IMG/VR virus record: IMGVR_UViG_2563366918_000005
Length of the DNA stretch: 42,002 nt
Strand: one strand, 5' to 3'
Origin: a virus
Taxonomy: Duplodnaviria; Heunggongvirae; Uroviricota; Caudoviricetes
In this document: piece after piece, positions 27,056 through 35,729 of the stretch
Numbering within the stretch: position 1 is the stretch's first letter
Layout of the letters: each line of letters starts with the position of its first letter
Translations under genes and position numbers: made by a program
The notes under the pieces: model-generated
What the model was told of the DNA's origin: nothing
Database searches by the model: none
The model's input: the letters and a program-made list of their open reading frames with translations, nothing else

Positions 27056-27249
27056 CCAACGCCATTCATGGCCATATCAATGATTTTCTGGTGCGTACCG
27101 GGTTGAGAAGCGGTGTAAGTGAACTGCAGTTGCCATGTTTTACGGCAGTGAGAGCAGAGATAGCGCTGATGTCCGGCGGTGCTTTTGCCGTTACGCACCA
27201 CCCCGTCAGTAGCTGAACAGGAGGGACAGCTGATAGAAACAGAAGCCAC
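26974..27249 (-). CDS. insA: IS1 InsA
   Basis: 91 aa, [42 protein letters not shown]… matches IS1 InsA. Confidence 0.85.
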
Positions 27250-27304
27250 TGGAGCACCTCAAAAACACCATCATACACTAAATCAGTAAGTTGGCAGCAT
27301 CACC

Positions 27305-27313
27305 TGCTGCCTA
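27305..27313. repeat. IS1 target-site duplication TGCTGCCTA (right copy)
   Basis: See left copy. Confidence 0.8.
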
Positions 27314-27864
27314 TTACCATGGGTAAACAATATCATTAACGTATGGCAAGCAAAGCCTCTTGATAATAATGACTCAATCGAAAATCACCTGAAGGCAAGA
27401 AAAATCCAGCGTGAAACAAGACTGCAGAGGTTATTGGCTAAAAAAGATGTTACATACGACAAAGTTAAGACTGGCGCGGAAAAAGACATCCAAGAGATGA
27501 AAGAAGAGATTATTCGATCAAAGAATAGTATGGGGGAATTGACTGCCGAGTTGAAAGCTAAAGATGACGAATTGAGATCCGCCAGTGCTCAGTTAGCAGC
27601 TCTAAATCATTCATTAAAAGAGATATCGGAAACTCTTGGAAGAATGAATGAGGCATATAAGACCCTCCAAAATGATTTCGACGAATACAAACTCAAATAC
27701 CCTGAAAAATCTCAAATAAAAAGCCTTGAACTTGGCAACGGCCAAACAATTAGCAACTTTTTGGAGCAACACAACTTATCCGGATTAAAATCTGGTAAGC
27801 CAAACGTTTTTAATAACTTTGGTGTTCTATCTGGATTATCAGGTTTCGAGGATAAAAATAAAGA

Positions 27865-29340
27865 CTAAGCATATGGATCGTACTCGGTAAGCGCCTTGCC
27901 TTGCTGGTTCTGCTGCCCGGGAAGTCGCAGGCGCTTTGACACCGGGAAAGCAAACGTCAGCAGTAGCGCATCGCCTTTACCAGGCGAACGCCCAAGTCGT
28001 TCTTTGATATCTTCCTTCGGTTCGATAACGATTTTACCGTCCACGCGAACTTTGTACTCTGCCGCCGACAGATCGTCCGCTGTTTCCTGGTCATCCAGCA
28101 TCCCGCCCAACCTCAGCCATGTCTTGCATGAGTTGAACATCTCCCCGCGCTTGTTGAGCATCTGAGGGTCAGTTGACGCACCACCGAACGGAACAAGTTG
28201 CCATGTGCGCCCCCAGCCGTCACCGATTGACTTCAGACCGGTTCCGTAACCGAAGTCGATGAACACCGCGTCAGCCTGATACTGGTCTTCAAAGTCAGCG
28301 ATACGCTTCGCCATAATCAGATCGTCAGTGGTCTTGTTGCCAGTCCATAGCACCTTACTATGCAACCCCTGCCGCAGGTATATCACCGCGTCATCAACGC
28401 CTGAATATGCCGGGTCAACACCGATTATCACCGGAGCATGTGCCACCTGCGCAGCGGTTACCACCCGTTTCATTGCCTCATCAGTAAGACCGGTAGGGAT
28501 AAACTGCAATTCAGATGCATCAGGGAATATGCCGCGCACACGGATTTTAACGAAGTCGCTGTCTTCCCCGTAGTCATCAACCCATTTCTGCAACTGCTGT
28601 TTGTTAGTACCTTCCACCGTCCGGCTGTCAATCTGCGCAGTTTTCCAGCGGTGTTTGTATTTGCGGAAACATTCGCGAAAACGCCCGGTATTACGTGTAG
28701 GGTTTCCGAACGCCACCCAGATAATCTCAGTGTCTTCGTCCGTAAGCGCACCCTCAGCAACTTCCCACACCAGATCCGCAATGTTCGACGCTTCATCGAA
28801 TACCACGATGATGCGTTTGCGCTCGTTGTGTAGTCCGGCGAATGCCTCAGTGTTGTGCTCAGACCAGGGGATTGCGTCAGCTCGCCACCGCTTGTCGTGC
28901 CCAGGATCATTGCTGTACATCGCGGTAGCGGTACAGGTAAACCAGTCTTTCGTGATAGCAAGGTTCGACCACTTGATAATTTCCGGCCAGGTCTTCGTTC
29001 GTAGCTGGTTGTCGGTGTTGGCGGTCACCACGACCTTACAATCCTCGCAAGTGGACATGCCCCAGTTGATCAGCATTGAGATGAATGCGGATTTACCAAT
29101 ACCGTGACCAGAAGCACGTGCCAGCATAAGCGGCTGATAACGCGTCTCTGGATTCTGCAGGTGATCACGTATCTCTCGGAACGCATCGGCCTGCCACTGA
29201 CGTGGGCCGGTAGCATGTGCCAGTTCAGTCCCCTCTTCCCCCCACGGGAACGCATAGAGGGCATAGCCAAGCGGATCGTGAGTGAACCCTGCAATATCCT
29301 CGATTAACTGCTCTTCAGGAGATAACGCTGTATCTGTCAC
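27865..29340 (-). CDS. Terminase large subunit
   Basis: 491 aa; Walker A-like ARASGHGIGKS; GTG start overlapping terS stop; convergent with the accessory gene (4-bp stop overlap). Confidence 0.85.
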   Translation of the reverse strand: MTDTALSPEEQLIEDIAGFTHDPLGYALYAFPWGEEGTELAHATGPRQWQADAFREIRDHLQNPETRYQPLMLARASGHGIGKSAFISMLINWGMSTCEDCKVVVTANTDNQLRTKTWPEIIKWSNLAITKDWFTCTATAMYSNDPGHDKRWRADAIPWSEHNTEAFAGLHNERKRIIVVFDEASNIADLVWEVAEGALTDEDTEIIWVAFGNPTRNTGRFRECFRKYKHRWKTAQIDSRTVEGTNKQQLQKWVDDYGEDSDFVKIRVRGIFPDASELQFIPTGLTDEAMKRVVTAAQVAHAPVIIGVDPAYSGVDDAVIYLRQGLHSKVLWTGNKTTDDLIMAKRIADFEDQYQADAVFIDFGYGTGLKSIGDGWGRTWQLVPFGGASTDPQMLNKRGEMFNSCKTWLRLGGMLDDQETADDLSAAEYKVRVDGKIVIEPKEDIKERLGRSPGKGDALLLTFAFPVSKRLRLPGQQNQQGKALTEYDPYA

Positions 29341-29933
29341 TGATTACCATCCTGACGTTCTTTGAGTCGCTTCCTGGCTGCTGCTATGCGATCAGCAATT
29401 GTCACATTCACATTAACATCCAGACGTTCTTTGAACGCGTTGACATCAACATGCTTACCAATCAGCTCAAGGTTCTTCACCTTGTCAGGCCATTTAATTT
29501 TTTTGAGGATTGTCTCTATCGAATCCTCGTTCATGTTCATGATGGTCGATGACAAATCAAAGCCACTAAGCGTAGTGCGCCAGATTTTCGGCCACTCACG
29601 GATTGGTTTAAGGCTCCCATCGTCGTTGAGGATGTCGATCACGTCCATCTGGTCGATCTGCACCAGGCGCATGAGAACGTAATCAGCACTGACGCGCATT
29701 CGTTTGTTGCGCTCCTCCATCAACTCGGCAATCCGTTTTTGAATGCGTTCATCGCGCATCATGACACTGGCTTTAACTGCCGCTGTATTTGGGGAGAATC
29801 CTGCGTTAATCGCTGCCTGAGTCTGGTTTTCAGGCGTTTTGATGTATGACTGGCAATAAGCCTCCTGCATTGCTGTTAGTGGCTTAAATTGCGTTGATTT
29901 GCGTTTATAGGTTTTAGGTTCAGCAGGCATCAT
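29337..29933 (-). CDS. Terminase small subunit
   Basis: Start placed at the MMPAEPK Mets (29933/29930, RBS GGTGG); the longer track ORF (to 30011) would read through an upstream terminator and repeat region; about 198 aa. Confidence 0.6.
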   Translation of the reverse strand: MMPAEPKTYKRKSTQFKPLTAMQEAYCQSYIKTPENQTQAAINAGFSPNTAAVKASVMMRDERIQKRIAELMEERNKRMRVSADYVLMRLVQIDQMDVIDILNDDGSLKPIREWPKIWRTTLSGFDLSSTIMNMNEDSIETILKKIKWPDKVKNLELIGKHVDVNAFKERLDVNVNVTIADRIAAARKRLKERQDGNQ

Positions 29934-29940
29934 AACCACC

Positions 29941-29969
29941 GTGGTAATAGTTACCGTTGTGGTAATAGT
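29941..29969 (-). promoter_or_regulatory. Two direct repeats GTGGTAATAGT just upstream of terS (late control region candidate)
   Basis: Copies at 29941-29951 and 29959-29969, between terminator and terS start. Confidence 0.3.
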
Positions 29970-29976
29970 ACCATGC

Positions 29977-30002
29977 AAAATAAAGCCGCCATAGTTGGCG
30001 GC
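29977..30002 (-). terminator. Terminator between nin-like operon and late (terminase) operon
   Basis: GCCGCCA-ACTA-TGGCGGC hairpin followed by TTTATTTT on the minus strand. Confidence 0.5.
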
Positions 30003-30051
30003 AGTATTCAAAACCCATCAAATTCATCATGCATAATCTACTCGTGACATG

Positions 30052-30390
30052 TCACACTATTAATTTCGTTTCATGCCAGCCTTTAGTCACCCAGCATTGC
30101 GAGTCACCATTACACGGGCATGAATTAACTGGAACTCTCTCGCCGCACTTACCGCAACATTTTCTGCTGATCGATTTTATACGCCCGCGCACGCGTGCAT
30201 CATCCTGGCGGATCAGTAACGCTATATACTCACCAAATTCGTAAGGCGCACGCCCGGGGCGACGCGTGGCACAGTTACGCTCCAGCATTTCAATTTCCTG
30301 AGCATCAAGCACAATTTCCAGCTTACGCACACCAGATGCAGCTTGTCTGGCTCTCTGAGCGGCTTTGCGCTCTGCTGCTGATTTAGCCAT
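30052..30390 (-). CDS. Hypothetical Cys-rich (zinc-binding?) protein; late-regulator candidate
   Basis: 112 aa; RBS AGGAAA before ATG 30390; C-terminal CCGKCGERVPVNSCPCNGDSQC cluster; last gene before the late operon. Confidence 0.45.
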   Translation of the reverse strand: MAKSAAERKAAQRARQAASGVRKLEIVLDAQEIEMLERNCATRRPGRAPYEFGEYIALLIRQDDARVRGRIKSISRKCCGKCGERVPVNSCPCNGDSQCWVTKGWHETKLIV

Positions 30391-30736
30391 TCTGATTTTC
30401 CTGCATCATGAGGAAGACAATCATGGCGGCGCGGAGAACATTTTCATGCTCATGCTCCCAAATATGGTTGGCAGAAGCACCGTGCAAACCGCTTTCGTTC
30501 CAGTCCCAGAGAATGTTAACTCCGTTATCAGCAATAATCGGCCATGAGGCGCTCGGATCATTGCAGTAGTCAGGTAAAGGGTTTAATGGCTCGAAAGTTG
30601 TATCAGCATTTCCGTAATACCATTTGTTGGTGTTATTCCCTGACGTTTCCGGTTTACATGCCCAAAGGCCTTTAAAAATTATGTCTCCTACCATTCTGTT
30701 AATTTCAAAATCACTTAACTGTGAATAGTCCATCAT
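30383..30736 (-). CDS. Hypothetical protein
   Basis: 117 aa; RBS AAGGTGG; coupled to neighbours. Confidence 0.45.
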   Translation of the reverse strand: MMDYSQLSDFEINRMVGDIIFKGLWACKPETSGNNTNKWYYGNADTTFEPLNPLPDYCNDPSASWPIIADNGVNILWDWNESGLHGASANHIWEHEHENVLRAAMIVFLMMQENQNG

Positions 30737-31437
30737 TTCGCCACCTTCGGAGGTTCTGGTAGCGGCATCCAGTGGGTTACACCGCCAATTGGCTCATCGT
30801 CGTCGTACTCCAATGCGGCTATATAGAACCCGTCACGACGAGAATAAGAAATCCCTGACATTACAATGCCATCCGAAACAACAATAATGTCACCCGTTTC
30901 TTCCGGCATTCTCTCACTACAGCTTATCCAACCATCCGGAGTTACCGGAGAGTTGCCCGACAGCTTGTTCAACTTGTAAGTCTGGCTTACAGGTTTGGCA
31001 CCATGAAGCATGGCGTCGCTCCGCTCTATGCCATCCAGCGCGATTCGCAGTGCCTGAATTGTGGTAATGCTATCGTTTGGGGCTATTCCATATCGCTCGA
31101 ATACAGCGATATGACCGCGCATAATCTCAGGCGTAAGCTCTTTGTAAGCATAAGCAAGCGACCCTGATGCCTCATCCGGCACAACCGACGCAGGCGCGGC
31201 AGCATAAACAGGAATAACGTCCGCTTGCTCTTTATTGCTTTCATCCGTTAAAGCCCAGAATAATTTCCCGGCCGGATGTTTGAAAATATAAGCAACTGGT
31301 TCTGCTTCCAGCGATGCCAGAGCAATTCGTGCCAGTTCTTCCGCTTCTTCTGCTGGCAGTACAACGTTGCTACCAGGTCCGTATGTTTCGCGCCACTGTT
31401 TGATTGTCAGTAGTCGCTCTTTGGTAATAGTGGTCAT
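30733..31437 (-). CDS. Hypothetical protein with DUF551-like C-terminal domain
   Basis: 234 aa; C-terminus …THWMPLPEPPK typical of DUF551 as remembered. Confidence 0.45.
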   Translation of the reverse strand: MTTITKERLLTIKQWRETYGPGSNVVLPAEEAEELARIALASLEAEPVAYIFKHPAGKLFWALTDESNKEQADVIPVYAAAPASVVPDEASGSLAYAYKELTPEIMRGHIAVFERYGIAPNDSITTIQALRIALDGIERSDAMLHGAKPVSQTYKLNKLSGNSPVTPDGWISCSERMPEETGDIIVVSDGIVMSGISYSRRDGFYIAALEYDDDEPIGGVTHWMPLPEPPKVAK

Positions 31438-31439
31438 AG

Positions 31440-31631
31440 CTATTTCACCTTAATCTCAACATTTCGCAGCTTTAGCTCTACTGGCAGGTCTGACTTTCCG
31501 GTTAATGCTAATGCGAGATTTTCTGGAGTAATGAGAGCCGTTATTGTTTTCCCCATCGCCAGACGAATAGTCATTCGTATCTCGCGATCGTCACATGCTC
31601 CCGGTCGAACAATTGAGATTTGTCCGTTCAT
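31440..31631 (-). CDS. Hypothetical small protein
   Basis: Start at ATG 31631 with strong RBS GGAGAG; 63 aa. Confidence 0.4.
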   Translation of the reverse strand: MNGQISIVRPGACDDREIRMTIRLAMGKTITALITPENLALALTGKSDLPVELKLRNVEIKVK

Positions 31632-31632
31632 A

Positions 31633-32118
31633 TCACTCTCCTTTGATGCGAATGCCTGTTGCAATGCTGTTTATGATGCTGTCAGTGCATGGGGTAGAAA
31701 GCTGGGCATCTCCAACAATTTTCATGACCTCAACATCTGCATATCGAATACCGAGGTGTATCAGACCGGCTATGCCTGACTTAAGCCGAGCATTTTCCAT
31801 AAATAGAACTTTTGCCCGCTGTTTTTCTGCTTCAAGCTCAACGCGCAGCTTCCCTACCGTTAGCGCAATTTCCTCGTTCTCCTGGTCGCGGCGTTTGATG
31901 TATTGCTGGTTTCTTTCCCGTTCATCCAGTAGTGCCAGCACGGTTTCTGGTCCGGCCAGAAATTTGAAGGCGTTGAGCGCATCAATATCCACACCGTAAT
32001 CTTTAAGTTCCTGTTCGCTTATCAGATCATCATCAACTGGCAACATTAACAGGCGTTCCATTGCCGGAATTGCACGTTCTGCCGCCTCACGCAGTGCCTG
32101 ATAGTTAATTTTGGTCAT
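31633..32118 (-). CDS. Hypothetical coiled-coil protein (Ead/Ea22-like?)
   Basis: 161 aa, N-terminus MTKINYQALREAAE…; early region. Confidence 0.4.
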   Translation of the reverse strand: MTKINYQALREAAERAIPAMERLLMLPVDDDLISEQELKDYGVDIDALNAFKFLAGPETVLALLDERERNQQYIKRRDQENEEIALTVGKLRVELEAEKQRAKVLFMENARLKSGIAGLIHLGIRYADVEVMKIVGDAQLSTPCTDSIINSIATGIRIKGE

Positions 32119-32119
32119 A

Positions 32120-32419
32120 TCACATCACCCTGAAGCCGTTGCATTTACGTAAAAAATCGCAGATATAGCCCTTCATTTTTTTATGCCAATCTCGATCATT
32201 CCCATTGCACCAACCATCAGGTGGAGTCCAGTTTTCTATCAGAGCAGCCATTTTCTTTGCTTTCGCCGGAGTAGCTGTTGCGGTATCGCAGTAATGACGA
32301 GTGTCAACCAACGCATCCATACCATCGATATCAAGTACGCAAAACCATGTGTGATTCGGAATTCCTACAGGTGGTATTTGTTGCCCACGTCGGCGTTTAT
32401 CAATGAGATATACACTCAC
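32120..32419 (-). CDS. Hypothetical protein
   Basis: 99 aa; coupled. Confidence 0.4.
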   Translation of the reverse strand: MSVYLIDKRRRGQQIPPVGIPNHTWFCVLDIDGMDALVDTRHYCDTATATPAKAKKMAALIENWTPPDGWCNGNDRDWHKKMKGYICDFLRKCNGFRVM

Positions 32420-33000
32420 TGGTTGCCTCCTTTGCGAAGCTGGGCAGCAAAGTCACGGATAGTGTCATCAAGGTCTGGGCACAACAGATGGTCAGCAAAC
32501 ATCTCTACCCCCTGCGCACGTACTTCAGCCAGAAAAGTGTCGGTGGCTGGGGTTTCGATATTAGGTAGAAGCGCATAATCGCAAATCGTATCGATCGCAG
32601 GATCACAACAGTCATCCTCGTTGCGTGGTCGTTCGCCAACCTTCGTTGACGATTGCATGATGATTCCCCAGCAAATACTATCGACCTCTTCGCTCCATCC
32701 ATCGCAAGCATCACCGCGATAGTCGTCGATTGCAGCCTCAGCCGATTCGATAGCTTCCTCAGCAGTTTTGTGCCATTCGAAATTATGCTCAGAGCCATAT
32801 GAGAAATATGAATGTCCCGCCTTCAGCCCCGCATTCTCCGCTGCCATCGCATTAGCACGCACCAGTTGCACTTCCAGTTGCGTTGCCAAATCGCTGATCA
32901 GCTTTGCCACACTACGCATATCAACGGCACCACATTCTGCTTTCAGTTCCGAAGCCATCTCATGCCCGGCGGCAACTAACCCTTTGATATTACTTTCCAT
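32416..33000 (-). CDS. Hypothetical acidic protein (Ead/Ea22-like?)
   Basis: 194 aa. Confidence 0.4.
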   Translation of the reverse strand: MESNIKGLVAAGHEMASELKAECGAVDMRSVAKLISDLATQLEVQLVRANAMAAENAGLKAGHSYFSYGSEHNFEWHKTAEEAIESAEAAIDDYRGDACDGWSEEVDSICWGIIMQSSTKVGERPRNEDDCCDPAIDTICDYALLPNIETPATDTFLAEVRAQGVEMFADHLLCPDLDDTIRDFAAQLRKGGNQ

Positions 33001-33061
33001 CTTTACCCTCGCTTATCCACATAACTTATTGATTACATTGATAACTAAAAAGATCGTCGAT

Positions 33062-33406
33062 TCAGAACTCTTCGATGTTCCAGCCACCACCTGCTTTCTT
33101 TGGTTTAACCGTTACCCCGATGATTCGGAACGGATACTGATCTGCGGCGACTTTGGTTTTCACCCTGGCGTCGTCGGTCCAGAAACCTTTCACTTCGTGC
33201 AGTTCCATCTCGCCGGTGGCGAGCATCACAGCAAAATCGGGCGTATAGAACGTGTTGTCAGCTAACCGCAGCTTGATACCCTCAAATCGATACCAGACGA
33301 TTTCTCCTGCACGTTTACGCAGCTCAAGGTGCTGGCAATACGCAGATTCTGTTTTGTTCATCTGTCCTGTTTTGAGTCGACCAAGAGCCTGTATCTGTTT
33401 TCTCAT
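33062..33406 (-). CDS. Putative PD-(D/E)xK-type nuclease
   Basis: 114 aa; motif …YTPDFAVM…EMELHEVKG fits a D…ExK signature; operator pair immediately upstream. Confidence 0.4.
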   Translation of the reverse strand: MRKQIQALGRLKTGQMNKTESAYCQHLELRKRAGEIVWYRFEGIKLRLADNTFYTPDFAVMLATGEMELHEVKGFWTDDARVKTKVAADQYPFRIIGVTVKPKKAGGGWNIEEF

Positions 33407-33408
33407 GA

Positions 33409-33425
33409 TTTACCCCTGAGGTAAT
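33409..33425. promoter_or_regulatory. Operator palindrome TTTACCCCTGAGGTAAT
   Basis: Abuts the ATG (33406) of the nuclease-like gene. Confidence 0.45.
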
Positions 33426-33470
33426 TAAAAACCACATAAGACACGAAATCAATAGATTTTAGAATATTTT

Positions 33471-33487
33471 ATTACCTAACAGGTAAT
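33471..33487. promoter_or_regulatory. Operator palindrome ATTACCTAACAGGTAAT
   Basis: Perfect 6-5-6 palindrome 62 bp from the previous site. Confidence 0.5.
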
Positions 33488-33523
33488 TATCGAAACGTAA
33501 AAAAATGCGCTATCGCGCTGGTA

Positions 33524-34324
33524 TTACTTGATAAATCCTGCCGCCTTTCCTCGCCTGTATTCCTCCATCAGCCACTGCGCCGGTGTTATTCCCCCAAGGG
33601 TGGCGGCGTTAGGCATGCACCCGAAACTTCGCCCTGGTGGATGGTAAACGTCTCTCCCTGTGTCCGGAGGCGTACTCATGGGTTCTGGCTTTGCCTGTAT
33701 GCTGATCACCGGATCGGGTATCTGCTGTCCGGAAGCCACCTTTTTCGCCCAATCATCGAGCAGCCTGCGCGCGTGTTTCTCAACCTCTATCTCGCTAAGC
33801 TGGCGCTGATACATTGCACGGCGGGTATCACATACGACCCAGTACATAACCGGATGCCGCCACGGGAATCTTTCGGGACCACCAGGATATAAACTTTTTT
33901 CCTTGCTGTACCGGTGAAACTCCGTCATCACATCGTCAATGGTGACGCCAAGAACCATCTTGCTGTCTTTGCACCACTTGATGAATTGCCCTGGCGACGG
34001 CCAGAACGGAGAATCACTGGCGCGGGCGTGGCGCATACCAGCAGAAACCTGTTCACGGGTTCGGATCCCCCCTTCGGCAAACGCAGCAATCCACTGCTGT
34101 TTTGCAGCAACTTCCTGCTCTGGCGTCTTCAGGTTGGTTACCACTGCCGCCGGAAACAGTTGTTTCAACTGTTTGAAAAGGGCATCAACAAGCCTCTCTG
34201 CTGACATGTTCACTACGTTGTCATTGTTGACGTACTGATGCTCATAACCTGACATGCGAGAAAGGGCTTCTCCGTCACGGTTTTGTATTGCGGTAAAAAC
34301 GTTGTTCACAAGAAATCCTCCCAT
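33524..34324 (-). CDS. Replication protein P-like (helicase loader)
   Basis: Block …KQQWIAAFAEGGIRTREQVSAGMRHARASDSPFWPSPGQFIKWC… parallels lambda P (…RRQWVLAFRENGITTMEQVNAGMRVARRQNRPFLPSPGQFVAWC…) as remembered; start may be at an internal Met (34255). Confidence 0.7.
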   Translation of the reverse strand: MGGFLVNNVFTAIQNRDGEALSRMSGYEHQYVNNDNVVNMSAERLVDALFKQLKQLFPAAVVTNLKTPEQEVAAKQQWIAAFAEGGIRTREQVSAGMRHARASDSPFWPSPGQFIKWCKDSKMVLGVTIDDVMTEFHRYSKEKSLYPGGPERFPWRHPVMYWVVCDTRRAMYQRQLSEIEVEKHARRLLDDWAKKVASGQQIPDPVISIQAKPEPMSTPPDTGRDVYHPPGRSFGCMPNAATLGGITPAQWLMEEYRRGKAAGFIK

Positions 34325-35097
34325 GCTTCAGGGCTGTTCCAGTGCGGAACGTTGTTATCAGGTAATGTTGATTGCTTCTGTCTGCTAATCTGCAGCCGCC
34401 TTGCCAGCTTCTGCTCCCACTGCGCCTGATGGTATGCCTTACCCTCAGCCATCCAGTAAATTCTGAACTCTGCAAGTTCCTGTGCCGTTGGCAGACTGTC
34501 CAGGTAGATCCCCTGCAATGAGCTTTTCCGAAGAAAGTCATCTGATGGTTGCCATTGTTCATGCATGACAAATTTGCCTAATTGCCCTGGCCCACCAGGA
34601 GGAACAAAGTTATTCATCACGGCGTTGTTTGCGCCGGGGTCATGAGGCACAGAATCCCCGCTTTTTGTCCTGCTCTCCCTCTCTTGGTTAAATGACTGGT
34701 TATATGACTGGTTCTGGATCCCGTTTTTGGGATCATTCAACATCCCGTTTTTGGGTATATTCCCGTTTTCGGTAACATTACCGTTTTCGGGTTCATTACC
34801 CCCTTCCCGGTTGCCTTTAATGTTCCCGTTTTTGGTTATATTAAGAGAGAAAACCCGCACTCTTTTCGTCGCTCCCTTTCTCTCTCCGGTATCTGAAATA
34901 AGCCCCATTTTCATGAGCGATATAAGCCCGGCCTGCACGGTTTTTTTATTCAGGCAAGTGTCTTTAACGAGGCGTTCTATGCTGGGGTAGCAGAGGTTAT
35001 ATTCATCGGCTCTGTCAGCCATCGAGAGCAGTATGAGCTTTAATGACGAGCTACCTGGATCTGTCTCCCAGGCCCAATCTGTTGCATGTCTGCTCAT
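34306..35097 (-). CDS. Replication initiator (lambda O-like) with origin iterons inside the gene
   Basis: N-terminal wHTH-like domain; central repetitive linker (ENGN repeats) encoded by iterons; directly upstream of P-like gene. Confidence 0.6.
   Translation of the reverse strand: MSRHATDWAWETDPGSSSLKLILLSMADRADEYNLCYPSIERLVKDTCLNKKTVQAGLISLMKMGLISDTGERKGATKRVRVFSLNITKNGNIKGNREGGNEPENGNVTENGNIPKNGMLNDPKNGIQNQSYNQSFNQERESRTKSGDSVPHDPGANNAVMNNFVPPGGPGQLGKFVMHEQWQPSDDFLRKSSLQGIYLDSLPTAQELAEFRIYWMAEGKAYHQAQWEQKLARRLQISRQKQSTLPDNNVPHWNSPEAWEDFL
34692..34839. repeat. Origin-like iteron array (five or more ~17-bp repeats TCCCGTTTT(T/C)GGG, 18-bp period) plus 2x ATGACTGGTT
   Basis: Repeats start at 34718, 34742, 34760, 34778, 34823; flanking AT-rich segment; inside O-like gene as for ori-lambda. 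Confidence 0.6.
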
Positions 35098-35112
35098 GAT
35101 TAATCTCCGCTA

Positions 35113-35376
35113 TCAGCTTGAATGTTGTGGGGAGGAATTAATCATGATCTGCTTAATCTCTGCCCTGATACGACGGTTTGATTCCATGGTGCACTCAACA
35201 CAGTGTCCGTTGTAAACCCAGCGTTCACTGTCATGTCCGTGCTTACATGTTTTTCCGGTGTAGTAGCGTTTAAGTCCGCGCTTTGCGGCATCAATACGTG
35301 TAATGATTTCCATGGTAAGCCCTGTTATTAGTATTGGGATTACGGTCATTTTGTGCTGACACAAAAAAAATATCAA
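35113..35376 (-). CDS. Small Cys/His zinc-ribbon-like protein (hypothetical)
   Basis: …YYTGKTCKHGHDSERWVYNGHCVEC…; start uncertain (35376 or internal Met at 35313). Confidence 0.4.
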   Translation of the reverse strand: MIFFLCQHKMTVIPILITGLTMEIITRIDAAKRGLKRYYTGKTCKHGHDSERWVYNGHCVECTMESNRRIRAEIKQIMINSSPQHSS

Positions 35377-35392
35377 CCAGATTTGGTTTTTT

Positions 35393-35409
35393 ATTACCTT
35401 TGAGGTACG
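35393..35409. promoter_or_regulatory. Operator-like site ATTACCTTTGAGGTACG
   Basis: Left half perfect, right half GGTACG. Confidence 0.35.
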
Positions 35410-35463
35410 AATAGATATGAAAAGACCGCCGGGTGGCGGTCTACAGAGGGTTGTGGCTGGATA

Positions 35464-35694
35464 TCATGAGTAGAAGAAGTATGCCAGTTCTGCTTTTGAG
35501 CGCAGCCATTGTCTTGTTTTACAGGCTTTAAAAAGCCCATTCATCAATACTTTACCTGGCATTTTGCGCTTACCTGTTAAGTGAGTCTGGATATAGTGAC
35601 TCGTCGTTCCGGCTTCCTGTGCGAAGGCTTCACGCTCATCCGGAGTAAGTGCAAGCCAGTGCTTTTTGAAATCGAAATGTCCGTTATCGCTCAT
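35464..35694 (-). CDS. Cro-like small DNA-binding regulator (first gene of leftward early operon)
   Basis: 76 aa; divergent from repressor gene across the three-operator region. Confidence 0.5.
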   Translation of the reverse strand: MSDNGHFDFKKHWLALTPDEREAFAQEAGTTSHYIQTHLTGKRKMPGKVLMNGLFKACKTRQWLRSKAELAYFFYS

Positions 35695-35729
35695 AGCTAT
35701 TGCCTGATATTTATTTCAGATAATAAATA

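Larger units (their letters stand above)
26537..27304 (-). mobile_element. IS1 insertion sequence (768 bp)
   Basis: Terminal inverted repeats GGTAATGACTCCAACTTACTGAT… and …ATCAGTAAGTTGGCAGCATCACC; contains insA and insB; flanked by 9-bp direct repeats. Confidence 0.9.
26273..27868 (+). pseudogene. AT-rich accessory gene (2-TM plus coiled-coil protein, about 290 aa when repaired) disrupted by IS1
   Basis: N-terminal part 26273-26536 and C-terminal part 27305-27868 are in the same frame (IS1 768 bp and the 9-bp duplication are both multiples of 3); no stop between 27305 and the track ORF at 27434. Confidence 0.7.

Noticed and set aside
27310-27326. TTACCATGGGTAA as another operator
   Set aside because: Spacer is 3 bp rather than 5, and it lies inside the disrupted coding sequence.
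29934-30011. N-terminal extension of the terS ORF
   Set aside because: It would be translated through a terminator hairpin and the direct-repeat region from a TTG start; the internal Met with an RBS is preferred.
30044-30055. GTGACATGTCAC as a CRP site
   Set aside because: Half-site spacing is 4 bp, not the 6 bp of TGTGA-N6-TCACA.
30052-33406. Lambda Q-like or N-like antiterminator and a cytosine methyltransferase in the nin-like region
   Set aside because: None of the small proteins shows motifs I can recognise (for example PCQ/ENV for C5-methyltransferases); left as hypothetical.
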